Source: an uncultured Chloroflexia bacterium (lineage in GTDB: Bacteria > Chloroflexota > Dehalococcoidia > UBA2247 > RBG-13-53-26). From it: a stretch of DNA of 64,000 nucleotides. The stretch's first letter is position 1, and each line of letters begins with the position of its first letter. The stretch lies in NCBI GenBank assembly GCA_963720375.1, contig CAVRFM010000006.1:4594-68593 (forward strand), read 5' to 3'. Position numbers and translations under genes: made by a program. The notes beneath the pieces were generated by a model that saw only the letters and a program-made list of their open reading frames with translations, was not told the DNA's origin and searched no databases. This document shows positions 55,134-64,000 of this stretch, piece by piece.

Positions 55134-55232
55134 GTCATTCCCGTGCAAACGGGAATCCAGAAATGCGGTGGCTGGGCATGCGGTGGATTCCTGCTCCCCG
55201 TTTTCACGGGGACAAGTTTCGCAGGAATGACA
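55134..55232. repeat. REP-like palindrome cluster
   Basis: ATTCCC-N8-GGGAAT at 55137-55156 plus the extended GGATTCCTGC...GCAGGAATGAC variant. Confidence 0.75.
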
Positions 55233-55375
55233 GAGGATATCTACTCGATGTTGTACTCCTTCAGGATAATGTAGAGTGTGAAGGGTTTGGATAAGGGATG
55301 CTAACCTTTTCCGGATTCTATCGTTATATAAATCAGAAACGGTATTCCGGGGGGTGATGGAAAGGAGGTGACACG

Positions 55376-55735
55376 TTGAAAAAGAGATTGATTCTGGGGA
55401 TGATCGCCATCGCTCTCCTCGGCACAGTGCTGGGTGTGGCCTGCAGTAGTAAGGCCAGCAACAATACGAACAACAATGGCACCACGTCTCCGGCGCTCCA
55501 GGTGACAGAGCCACAGGACGAGATCACGGTCAACACGTCTACAGTTCAGGTAGATGGCGTGACCACTGCCGATGCTACGGTCAGTGTGAACGGCTCCCTG
55601 GTTGATGTAGGTGCAGATGGCAAATTCAGCACCACGGTCCCCCTGGAACAAGGGCCCAACTCCATCGAGGTGGTTGCCAGCGACTCTCAGGGGAATGAGA
55701 ACAGCCAGGTTCTGACTGTTATTTACGCACCGTAA
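55376..55735 (+). CDS. Lipoprotein with a single Ig-like domain
   Basis: VAC lipobox; LQVTEP, SVNG, F...V.L..GPN.I.V.A; AAAGGAGGT RBS. Confidence 0.8.
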   Translation: MKKRLILGMIAIALLGTVLGVACSSKASNNTNNNGTTSPALQVTEPQDEITVNTSTVQVDGVTTADATVSVNGSLVDVGADGKFSTTVPLEQGPNSIEVVASDSQGNENSQVLTVIYAP

Positions 55736-55770
55736 GTGCGACTAGGGTGTCAAGTTTTAGGAGGCAAAGG

Positions 55771-56894
55771 ATGAAAAGAATACTGCTAGTAGTTATGGCT
55801 CTGGCACTGGCCACAGGACTGATTCTGGGGACTGCAGGCAGCACCCTGGCTGCCACCGGCACTCAGAATGGCCGGGGTATCTTTGGCACCGTCCAGAGCA
55901 TAGTTATGACCGACAACACTACCGGAGTAGGAACTATTACACTCACGAATGTGAAACCGGCAACGGCCGACAACGCCAGTGTGGAGATTCAGGTCACTGA
56001 AAACACCACCTACAACATTCCCGCCGTTACCGTTCAGCCCACCCAACACTGGCTGACCTGGCAGCAACTCACACCGGAAAGCCAGCAGCTGGTTCTGGGA
56101 GCGAAGAGGGTGGCAATCCTGCTGACGGAACCTGCCGGCAATGTTGCAGAAAAGGTAATGGTAATACCGACAGGATACCTGGCATATCGGTATCACCATC
56201 ACCTGGGTGTGGTTACCGCAGTCAGCGACAATGGAACAGCCACGATAGCCGAGAAGAAAGGCGAAGAGATCACAGTTACCCTTGGTGAAGGGGTTCAGGT
56301 GGCAGTGGGGCAGCTTGTTATGGTAGTCACCGACTCCAGCGGAGGGACAGAACTCAAAGCCATCAAGGCCTACAGAATAGACCAGATGGTTGATCGCTTT
56401 GAAGGTTACCTTGAGGGTTCGTTGACCGAAGCTAACTTCGACAACGTGACCGCCTTGATACAGCAGACCCATGACAAGTATGTGGCCTATCTCCAGAACT
56501 TGGAGTCACTCCTGCAGTCGGAGAACCGCACGCAGGCAGCAGCAAGCGGTGGGAACAGCTATCGATTATGCTAAATGCCCGCTTCTCCGAGGCCCTGCAG
56601 TTCCGAGCGAAGATCAAGGACTGGGTTGACAACCATGGTGGCTGGACGGCGTGGCAGGAACACTGCGGCGACATCAGCGGGACTATCACCGAAGTGACCA
56701 CTGTCGGGAGAACCTTAACCATCAGCACCGACAATGGCACCGTTACTGTTCATGTCCCGGTAGCCGCCCGGATAGTGAAGGACAACGCGCTATTCGTCTT
56801 CAAGAGCCTGGCTGCCGGCAACACGCTTGAGAAGGTGATCTACTACAAGTTAGACAACGTCAATGAAGCACTCTACATCCTGGTGGCCGATTAG
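55771..56894 (+). CDS. Secreted hypothetical protein with OB-like beta modules, frameshift near 56550
   Basis: Signal peptide; repeated G.V..V..T...I modules; ORFs 55747..56574 and 56568..56894 appear to be one gene. Confidence 0.6.
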
Positions 56895-56927
56895 CGCAGC
56901 AGAGCAAGACTGAGGATATGCGTTCCA

Positions 56928-56966
56928 AACCTCAGCCCCCGAAATCGGGGGCTGAGGTTTTTCTAT
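56928..56966 (+). terminator. Rho-independent terminator
   Basis: AAACCTCAGCCCCCGA-AA-TCGGGGGCTGAGGTTT followed by a T-run. Confidence 0.75.
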
Positions 56967-57003
56967 ATACGGCAGAACACTGACGAAACAGCAGGCAACT
57001 GTG

Positions 57004-57813
57004 CTATGCGGCCCTCAGGAAGGCGAGTACCTCCCGGTTGAACCTGCCGCTCATCTCGAAGTTCCAAGCATGCGATCCGCCCTGCACCATGACCAGCCGG
57101 GCATTCGGTATTGTGCTTGCCATGACCTCGGACTGGTGAGGCGAGATAATCTTGTCCTCAGTGCCGGTGATGACCAGGGTAGGGGCTTTGATCAGATGCA
57201 GCCTGTCGAGGCGGTCGTGGTCTGAGATGGCCTCAAGCTGTTTCAAGAAGCCCTCTGCGCTGGCTGATTTGATATAACCCCTGGCGAGGAAGGGCATCAG
57301 CCACCGGTAGAGCCTCTTATTGAAGGACAGGGATATCATGGCTTTCGTCGACCTGGTGACATCGACCTGACGGATATCGAGCTTGTCAGAGGCATCCCTG
57401 AGGCCAAAGGCCTTCATCATTTCGGGATGCATGTCATTGGGATCGCCCTTGCCGGGATCTGTGCTGGCCAGGATGAGCTTCTTAACCCTCTCCGGGTGGT
57501 TGATGGCGATCTCCTGGGCGATCATGCCTCCCAGGGATAACCCCAGAATATGGGCTTTGTCAATGCCGAGGTGGTCCATCAGGCCGACGGCATCCTCTGC
57601 CATCGTCTTCAAATCCCAGGGCTGCTCGGGGATATCCGTTCTACCAACGCCCCGGCTGTCGAAGGTAATCACCCGGTAGTGCTTCCGGAAGGCGGGAAGC
57701 TGGCGGAACCAGGTGCTGTGGTCTGCCCCGAGACCGGTGACCAGAACCAGGGGCTCGCCCTGACCATGAACCTGATAATAGATATTGATGCCATTCACAC
57801 TCGCCCTGGGCAT
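57004..57813 (-). CDS. Alpha/beta hydrolase (enol-lactonase-like)
   Basis: FDSRGVGRT, GLSLGG nucleophile elbow, PTLVITGTED, GGSH. Confidence 0.9.
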   Translation of the reverse strand: MPRASVNGINIYYQVHGQGEPLVLVTGLGADHSTWFRQLPAFRKHYRVITFDSRGVGRTDIPEQPWDLKTMAEDAVGLMDHLGIDKAHILGLSLGGMIAQEIAINHPERVKKLILASTDPGKGDPNDMHPEMMKAFGLRDASDKLDIRQVDVTRSTKAMISLSFNKRLYRWLMPFLARGYIKSASAEGFLKQLEAISDHDRLDRLHLIKAPTLVITGTEDKIISPHQSEVMASTIPNARLVMVQGGSHAWNFEMSGRFNREVLAFLRAA

Positions 57814-57870
57814 GCTCACCACCCTCCAGATTGAACATCTCCCATAGCCACCTCAGTAGGGGTGTCTGTG

Positions 57871-58272
57871 TCAACCCGGTTGGCCTTCCAGGTATCTCTT
57901 CATTGGTTGCCAGTAGTTGTCATGCCAGCCCTGGCGAATGGACTCATAATGCTCCTCCGGGATCTCCGTCTGTGTGAAGGTGAGATGTGTAACCCCTGCC
58001 ACCTCCTTCAGCGAGAACGTGGCTATCGAGTAGTGGCCTTCCGGCCAGTCGATGCCGCGCCACAACTGAACGACCCTCCTGTCCGGCAGCAGTTCCAGGT
58101 TCACACCGTCAATATAGTCGTCATAAGCAGAGATCTTGCCACCGATAGCACGGCTGATCTTGGCCTTGGCGCCCGTGAATTTGGAATGCTGGCGGGAATC
58201 CATGAGCGCCTCATATACCTCGTGTGGGCTGACCTTGAACGTTATCGACTGCCGGAGAGTCCTGGTTTTCAT
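57871..58272 (-). CDS. SRPBCC/AHA1-like protein
   Basis: EVYEALMD..H..FTG, VQLWRG.DWPEGHYS, GWHDNYW. Confidence 0.88.
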   Translation of the reverse strand: MKTRTLRQSITFKVSPHEVYEALMDSRQHSKFTGAKAKISRAIGGKISAYDDYIDGVNLELLPDRRVVQLWRGIDWPEGHYSIATFSLKEVAGVTHLTFTQTEIPEEHYESIRQGWHDNYWQPMKRYLEGQPG

Positions 58273-58374
58273 TGATTTCTCACCTCCGCCTGATCTTCAA
58301 CATGCTTCTTTATCATAGACTGAACGGGGCTATTTTACACCTTACGCCGTCGGAATAGTTAAAGGTGTGCCAAT

Positions 58375-58440
58375 AGATTCCTGCTCCCGCAGGAATGACA
58401 TTTGCCATCTTGTGTCATTCCCGTGCAAACGGGAATCCAC
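58375..58440. repeat. REP-like palindrome cluster
   Basis: ATTCCTGC..GCAGGAATGAC and ATTCCC-N8-GGGAAT at 58417-58436. Confidence 0.7.
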
Positions 58441-58453
58441 ATATGTGCTGCCC

Positions 58454-58493
58454 TTGACAATGCTGATAAATCAGAATATACTGACAAATCAGC
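58454..58493 (+). promoter_or_regulatory. Sigma70 promoter with two overlapping palindromic operator-like boxes
   Basis: TTGACA-N17-TATACT; CTGATAAATCAG in the spacer and CTGACAAATCAG over the -10/+1 region. Confidence 0.65.
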
Positions 58494-58537
58494 AGTATCC
58501 ACGGTTTGGGCGCTGCTGACTGATGGGAGGTATGAAT

Positions 58538-58813
58538 ATGGCGAAGGATGCGAAGGAAGCGGTCTGCGGGCTTCCGGCAGGCGGGGAAGCGAGCTGCTGC
58601 AATGTTGAGGCAGTGGTCAGTGTGGATGAGCGGGGGCAGATGGTACTGCCCAAGGAGATCAGGGATAAGGCCGGCATTAAGGCAGGCGACAAGCTGGCCA
58701 TCATAGCCATGCGGCAGGGCGGCAAAGTGTGCTGCCTTTCCTTGATCAAGGTGGAAGCGCTGGCCGGCATGGTGAAGGGCATGCTGGGCCCGGTAATGAA
58801 GGAGATATTCTAG
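58538..58813 (+). CDS. AbrB/MazE-fold protein resembling HgcAB-associated HgcC
   Basis: SCCNVEAVVSVDERGQMVLPKEIR.KAGI..GDKL..CC. Confidence 0.75.
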   Translation: MAKDAKEAVCGLPAGGEASCCNVEAVVSVDERGQMVLPKEIRDKAGIKAGDKLAIIAMRQGGKVCCLSLIKVEALAGMVKGMLGPVMKEIF

Positions 58814-58832
58814 AATGAAGCGAGGTGTTGAC

Positions 58833-59693
58833 ATGAAAGAGCAAGAAATCAAGAAGGCGGTCAGGCAACGTTATGCCAGAGTCGCCAAACAGCCTAGTTC
58901 CGGCTGCCTGGGAGCGAGTCCGTGCTGTGGAGGCACTGATCTGACCCAGAACATCAACATCAGCAAAGCCGTTGGGTATAGCGACGAAGAGATGGGGTCG
59001 GTTCCCGAAGGCGCCAACCTGGGTCTCGGCTGCGGGAATCCCGTGGCCCTGGCTTCCCTGAAAGAGGGCGAGGTGGTCCTGGACCTCGGGGCAGGTGCCG
59101 GGTTCGACTGTTTTCTCGCGGCCAAGAAGGTTGGCCAGAAGGGGAAGGTCATCGGGGTGGACATGACCCCGGAAATGATCGACAAGGCCAGAGAGAATGC
59201 CCGGCGGGATGGTTATTCAAACGTCGAGTTCCGGCTGGGGGAGATCGAGAACCTGCCCGCCGCCGACAACTCGGTGGACGCGGTGATATCCAACTGCGTC
59301 ATCAACCTTGCGCCTGATAAAAAGAGGGTCTTTGGGGAGGCCTGTCGGGTGCTGAAACCCGGCGGCCGTCTAATGATCTCGGACCTGGTCCTGCTGAAGG
59401 AACTACCGGAGGTCATCAAGGCCTCTATCGAGGCGTATGTCGGCTGTATCTCGGGGGCGAGCATGCGGGATGATTACCTGGGGGCCATGCGGGCGGCGGG
59501 ATTTGAAGATGTAAGGGTAGTTGAGGAAACATCCTTCCCTGTTGACCTCATGGCCGATGATCCGGCTGCGAAAGCGCTTATGAAGGATACGGGCATAACT
59601 GCCGGGACACTGAAAAACGTGGCCAAATCAGTGGTAAGCGTGAAGGTCGAGGCCATCAAACCGAAGGGGCAGGCGAAGAAGGCTTCGAAATAA
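58833..59693 (+). CDS. arsM: Arsenite S-adenosylmethyltransferase
   Basis: SPCCG, NLGLGCGNP, VLDLGAGAG.D, SNCVINL, VGCISGA. Confidence 0.92.
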   Translation: MKEQEIKKAVRQRYARVAKQPSSGCLGASPCCGGTDLTQNINISKAVGYSDEEMGSVPEGANLGLGCGNPVALASLKEGEVVLDLGAGAGFDCFLAAKKVGQKGKVIGVDMTPEMIDKARENARRDGYSNVEFRLGEIENLPAADNSVDAVISNCVINLAPDKKRVFGEACRVLKPGGRLMISDLVLLKELPEVIKASIEAYVGCISGASMRDDYLGAMRAAGFEDVRVVEETSFPVDLMADDPAAKALMKDTGITAGTLKNVAKSVVSVKVEAIKPKGQAKKASK

Positions 59694-59750
59694 CATAAAG
59701 GATCGCCCTTACACTGGTTGTCATTCTGAGCGGAGCGGAGGGATCTCCCC

Positions 59751-60393
59751 TTACTTAATATTCTCCGTTGCCGGTGTGGCTGCTTTGGGTTTCTTCGGTT
59801 TCTTCAGAATGCGCAGCCATCCTGCCCAGACCAGCAGGACAAAGACCATATTGAAAAGATAGAAGTAGTCGTGGACATTGACGCCGGTCCGCCATTCCAG
59901 GTAGATGCTGATGGTGATACGGAACAGATTAAATGCCACCAGTATCAGCAGGCCTGCAATCAGGCCGATGAGGCGCTGCCGGCGGGTGACCCCCGACTCG
60001 GCCAGGACCAGTGCTATATAGGCCCAGAAGAGGATGCCGCCCAGGCAGGCCGCGGAGATATCGAAGGTGAGAAGAGTATCATTTACCCTTATGATTGTTA
60101 CGATCGGGCCTGAGACCGAGTGGCCCACTCCGGCGAGCCCCAGTATCCAACCCACGAATGATGCCGTAGCGTGCCGCAGTGTGTTGTGTACGGAGGGAAA
60201 GAAATAGAGGATGGCCATCTCCAGGCCGATGAGAAGCAAGAAGGCAATGGTATAGCGGATCAGAAAACCGAGAAAGGGCTGACTTGAACTTGCGGGCAGA
60301 GATAAAATAGCCTATTGCGGCAAAGCCGGCGATTACTCCGATGAGGACCGCCAGTACGAAGGCCAGCCCTATGGCCCAGTTCGAAAGAAGCAA
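59751..60393 (-). CDS. Exosortase/archaeosortase-family membrane protein, frameshift near 60280
   Basis: Multi-TM protein with ordered Cys (ISAACLG), Arg (FNLFRI) and His (VHD); hydrophobic N-terminus in the adjacent frame from 60393. Confidence 0.75.
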
Positions 60394-60547
60394 TAATCAC
60401 CCCCTCGCCCTCTGTTTGGTGACTCCACACCAAACGAAGAGCAAAGCATGCCTATGCCTAAATGTAACGCTTTCTCTCCGGCATGGCAACCTCTCTCCCG
60501 TTATTCCAACGTCGTAGGTGCGCTTAGCGCAGTGCCCCTCCACCTGC

Positions 60548-60730
60548 TGTCATTCCCACGAACGTGGGGATCCAGGAGGGGATATCTGCAATTCCTTCTC
60601 CCTTCGATGGGAGAGGGCTAGAGTGAGGGTGATGTTTCCCCCTCCCTCTGCCTCCCTCCCGCCAGGGGAGGGAGAACGGATGGATTCCTGCTTTCGCAGG
60701 AATGACAGATGCAAAAACGGGAATGACATG
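60548..60730. repeat. REP-like palindrome cluster
   Basis: Same families as at 3020-3200 and 48468-48650. Confidence 0.7.
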
Positions 60731-60928
60731 TGAGGGAAAGGGGAATGACATAGTAAAGCAAAGGCTCAGGAGTGATGACTGAGGCAGAGGCTATTCCATT
60801 GTAATTCTTCTGTTTGAAAGGAATTTGTGACTGCAAAAGTCGTTGCCGAGACTCAGGCGTGATATGTCAGATGTATATTTCGTGAACATCAGTATCTATT
60901 CTTATGGAAAGGAGAGAAAAAGAAACAC

Positions 60929-61240
60929 ATGGCGAATGAAGCATCGTTAGTTGAGAAACTGGGTGGGGTTGTGGCTCACGTCAAAGCAATGGAGCGTGAG
61001 AGAGACGAAGCTATCGCTCAAATCAAGTCGCTGGAGAGAGAGGTCAACGACCTCAGGACATTGATAGCAATGGCGGAATCGAAGGCTGAGGAAATAATGG
61101 GGCCTGTGTCAGAGACGGCGCCTCAGGATGACATGTCGCCGGCAGCCGACAGGGAACTCCAGCCGGCGGCTAGTAAGACAGCAACTCAGGCCCAGGGAGA
61201 ATTGAAGAGGGCTTATCGACAGCCGTTCTCATATAGCTAA
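60929..61240 (+). CDS. Coiled-coil hypothetical protein
   Basis: Heptad-rich N-terminal half; AAGGAG upstream. Confidence 0.6.
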   Translation: MANEASLVEKLGGVVAHVKAMERERDEAIAQIKSLEREVNDLRTLIAMAESKAEEIMGPVSETAPQDDMSPAADRELQPAASKTATQAQGELKRAYRQPFSYS

Positions 61241-61533
61241 GCGGCTGGAATAACTCTCTGCCGAGGTGCTCCGGTGCAGGCAGGAGGAATAGACAAGGAT
61301 GATGATGGGGCAGTCGACTCGGTATGTAAGGCAGCAGATCGCCCCGGTCGAGCACTGTGCTAACCGGACTCCGCCTCTCCTCGGAGGCGGCGCTGGCTGA
61401 GTCGACTGCCCCATTTCTGTAGAAGGAGGTGAGTTGCCAGGGAAAAATCACACATGATTGAAGACAGGAGTCTTAAATCGAGTTATAATATCCATCCGAA
61501 GATCCAAAGAACCAACGAAAGGAGACAAGAAAT

Positions 61534-62565
61534 ATGAGTATGAGTACTATTCGAAAGCGCGATATACTGGCTCTCGTAGTAGTCGTAGCCATACTACTAG
61601 CCATGATACCGACCATGGTTCTGGCTGCCAGCGATCAGGGTTCCATAACGGGGGAGTACACCCTGGGTGATAGTGCGCCTACAGTAGACAACGTGACATT
61701 GTACACGACGGCCAACGCTACGGCGACTACGATGATCCCGGAGACCGAGTTCGTGGTCAAGGTTACCGTTACGGATAACAACACTCTGAGAGACCTGGAT
61801 AATGTAACGGTGACGATCTTCTACGACGCCGACGGCAGTTATGTTCCGGGTGATGTACCTTCGAACGGCAACCCACAGACCTGCGGCATCATCACCTGCA
61901 GCAGCTCGGACAACTGGAGTACGCATAGCTGGGCCACAGATTTCGGTGGCTCCACCAGATGGGCCTTTGATAGTGGCAGCAGTGTCATACCAACGGACAT
62001 GAACGCATCCACAGGAACGTTCGAGTTCTACTTCACACCCGGTGCGGTGGCGACAATGACAGTCACCCCCAGCAGGTGGCATATATATGCCAAAGCCGTT
62101 GACAGTAGTAGCGAATCTGGCACCAATTACCAGGCCAATTTGCAGATGGCCTGGTATGGTGAGTTGGACATCACTCCCCCCACCACTGTTACGTGGAACA
62201 ACCCAACTGCCGGCATGACTGATGCTCCCGCTACCCAGACTGTTTCGGTGAAATACATTGCCAACGGAGCTTACAACTCAAAGGTGGCAGCCACCGGGAC
62301 ATGGGGTAGTGCTACTCTGATCACCGACAACTCGACCCTTGGTAGCAATGACTTCAGGCTCAAGGCATACAGGGATAATACTCCGGGCTCGGCGGTAATA
62401 GTGCAGAACTATAGCACATCATACTCCGATCCCATCTACTCGGGAGAACAGACCACGGAGGCTGGGAACCCGATAGATACCAACACGCTATGGCTGTCAC
62501 TCGGTTCGCCGTTCACTAACGGAACCTACAGCGGCACCATATACTACAAGATAAGCAATAGCTAA
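61534..62565 (+). CDS. Secreted Thr/Ser-rich beta protein (surface or fibre subunit-like)
   Basis: Signal peptide ending VLA; C-terminus GTYSGTIYYKI; no TM anchor. Confidence 0.75.
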   Translation: MSMSTIRKRDILALVVVVAILLAMIPTMVLAASDQGSITGEYTLGDSAPTVDNVTLYTTANATATTMIPETEFVVKVTVTDNNTLRDLDNVTVTIFYDADGSYVPGDVPSNGNPQTCGIITCSSSDNWSTHSWATDFGGSTRWAFDSGSSVIPTDMNASTGTFEFYFTPGAVATMTVTPSRWHIYAKAVDSSSESGTNYQANLQMAWYGELDITPPTTVTWNNPTAGMTDAPATQTVSVKYIANGAYNSKVAATGTWGSATLITDNSTLGSNDFRLKAYRDNTPGSAVIVQNYSTSYSDPIYSGEQTTEAGNPIDTNTLWLSLGSPFTNGTYSGTIYYKISNS

Positions 62566-62584
62566 GAGGACATTTGGGGAAAGG

Positions 62585-62625
62585 ATCTTGGTTGGGGATA
62601 GGGGGGCAAGCCCCCTACCCCAACG
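62585..62625 (+). terminator. Stem-loop between operon genes
   Basis: GTTGGGG.TAGGGGG..CCCCCTACCCCAAC. Confidence 0.5.
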
Positions 62626-62654
62626 GCTGAAAATATGCGACAATAGTGATTAGC

Positions 62655-64000
62655 ATGAACCGCAATCACTGTCTGAAACGGGGGGCCATTCGAGTGGCCC
62701 TCCTGTTCTTTTTATGCGGGGCTACGATGCTGGTGGGACTGCTTACGGCAGCACCGGCCAAGGCCGACGGCGGCATAGCTATCTCAGGCACCTTCTACAT
62801 GCAGGTTATGGAGATACCGCAGGGCTCTTATGTCAGAGGCCAGAGCATCTATGTAGTAGTGTTCAACCAGAGCAGCGAGGCATTCGTAGTGAACATGACT
62901 ACTACAGCACCTCCTGGAGTCACTGTAGACTTGTCAACCACTACGTTTGTTCTCCAGCCAGGCGATCAGCAAGAGGTACCGATCGACCAAGTAACCGTCT
63001 CTTCAGATGTGGTGCCGGGTGATTACCAAATAGAGGTCAATGCACAGGCCTTACGGGATAATGCTGGGGGAGTGCAGATTCTGGGGGCTGCCGGGCAGAC
63101 TGCTACGCTGACAGTCGTTGGTGAATCGGCATCAGTGGTCGTGGACACGGTGGGCCCCAGTGGGGAGCCAGTGGCAGCGGTGATCAGATTATTCAAGGTG
63201 ATCAATGGACTGAAGTACGAGTTCTCCTACTGCACCACCGGGCACCTTGAAGCCACAGTCTCCCCGGGGCACTATCGGGTAGAGGCATACAGCAACAGCG
63301 GTGATGTGCTGGCCGAGCCGCAGGAGTTTGATATCAACGCCGGCGAAGAGAAAACGCTGACTCTGACTGCAAACACTATCTACTTCGAGTCCTTCGCTAT
63401 TAACCCGGCTTACCGTACCGGCACTGGCGAGTTGGGTTATGTCCAGATTGTCTATACCGTCACCAATGTCTATCAGCAGATAAATAACGCTGAGGTCAGG
63501 TTAGTGGCAACCTTCAATGGTACACCACTGGAAGAGGTTTCCCTGTTGACTCTCAATCCCTTTAACGTTGGCCGGATGGGGGTGCCATATAACTACATTC
63601 CAGCCGGAGGTTGGCAGAAGGGCACCTACGGCTTCACCCTGCAGCTTTATGTCAATGACCAGCTTTATGCAGGCACCACGGAGCGGACGCTGGCGGTGGG
63701 TGGGACTGGGGCCTCCCGCAGCTGGATGTGGATCGTCATTGCCATCATAGGGGGTGGGCTGGGGTTGCTCATCCTGGGAGTGCTGGTATTGAGGAGGCGG
63801 AAGCGTGGAGGCAGACCTGTTAAGGTTGAAAAACGGCGACAGCCGGTAACGGCCGGAAAAGAGATCGGCGTCGCCGGGGTATTTGCCAGGAGAGGTATCC
63901 TCGATGCAGACGACAGTTTCAAGATGAAACCCGCTGCTGCAAGGCCCGGCGGCAATGGCAAGGGAACCAGCCTTGCGAAGGCAACCGGTGTTGAAAAGGA
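62655..64000 (+). CDS. Secreted Ig-like protein with TM helix and basic cytoplasmic tail, runs off the window
   Basis: Manual translation is open from ATG 62655: signal peptide ending PAKA, beta domains, WMWIVIAIIGGGLGLLILGVLVLRRRKR. Confidence 0.75.
   Translation, partial: MNRNHCLKRGAIRVALLFFLCGATMLVGLLTAAPAKADGGIAISGTFYMQVMEIPQGSYVRGQSIYVVVFNQSSEAFVVNMTTTAPPGVTVDLSTTTFVLQPGDQQEVPIDQVTVSSDVVPGDYQIEVNAQALRDNAGGVQILGAAGQTATLTVVGESASVVVDTVGPSGEPVAAVIRLFKVINGLKYEFSYCTTGHLEATVSPGHYRVEAYSNSGDVLAEPQEFDINAGEEKTLTLTANTIYFESFAINPAYRTGTGELGYVQIVYTVTNVYQQINNAEVRLVATFNGTPLEEVSLLTLNPFNVGRMGVPYNYIPAGGWQKGTYGFTLQLYVNDQLYAGTTERTLAVGGTGASRSWMWIVIAIIGGGLGLLILGVLVLRRRKRGGRPVKVEKRRQPVTAGKEIGVAGVFARRGILDADDSFKMKPAAARPGGNGKGTSLAKATGVEK

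Noticed and set aside
56928-56961. Hairpin containing AACCTCAGC/GCTGAGGTT like the array arms
   Set aside because: It is a perfect stem with a T-tract right after a stop codon and lacks the CCTTGTAG segment, so it is best read as a terminator.
1-64000. rRNA, tRNA, tmRNA, RNase P, prophage structural genes, reductive dehalogenase
   Set aside because: No diagnostic motifs were seen on either strand.

Overview
The window is from a GC-rich anaerobic bacterium. Gene content and intergenic palindrome families suggest Dehalococcoidia (Chloroflexota); this is inference. In order, it holds a CDF metal exporter, a secreted metallophosphoesterase, a Kelch/Ig-repeat surface protein, a B12-riboswitch-controlled cobamide salvage operon (btuF-cobT-cobS-cobC-ATPase-cobU), mixed housekeeping genes, a large PAS-rich two-component/HD-GYP cluster, an hgcC-like/arsM pair and an exosortase next to secreted proteins. 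Two matching 1060-bp IS481 copies sit at the same base of the same REP-type palindrome. The most unusual feature is at about 14.56-21.2 kb, where 12 same-orientation, recombination-site-like elements (arms AACTTCAGGCT...AGGCTGAGGTT) separate small unrelated cargo genes. The left part of each element reads on the minus strand as a conserved, stop-terminated peptide end (DSLKFYKAMVG*) that resembles a tyrosine-recombinase C-terminus. This suggests an integron-like cassette array with no integrase in the window. Many genes carry single-base frameshifts that look like assembly indels. No rRNA, tRNA or CRISPR array was seen.
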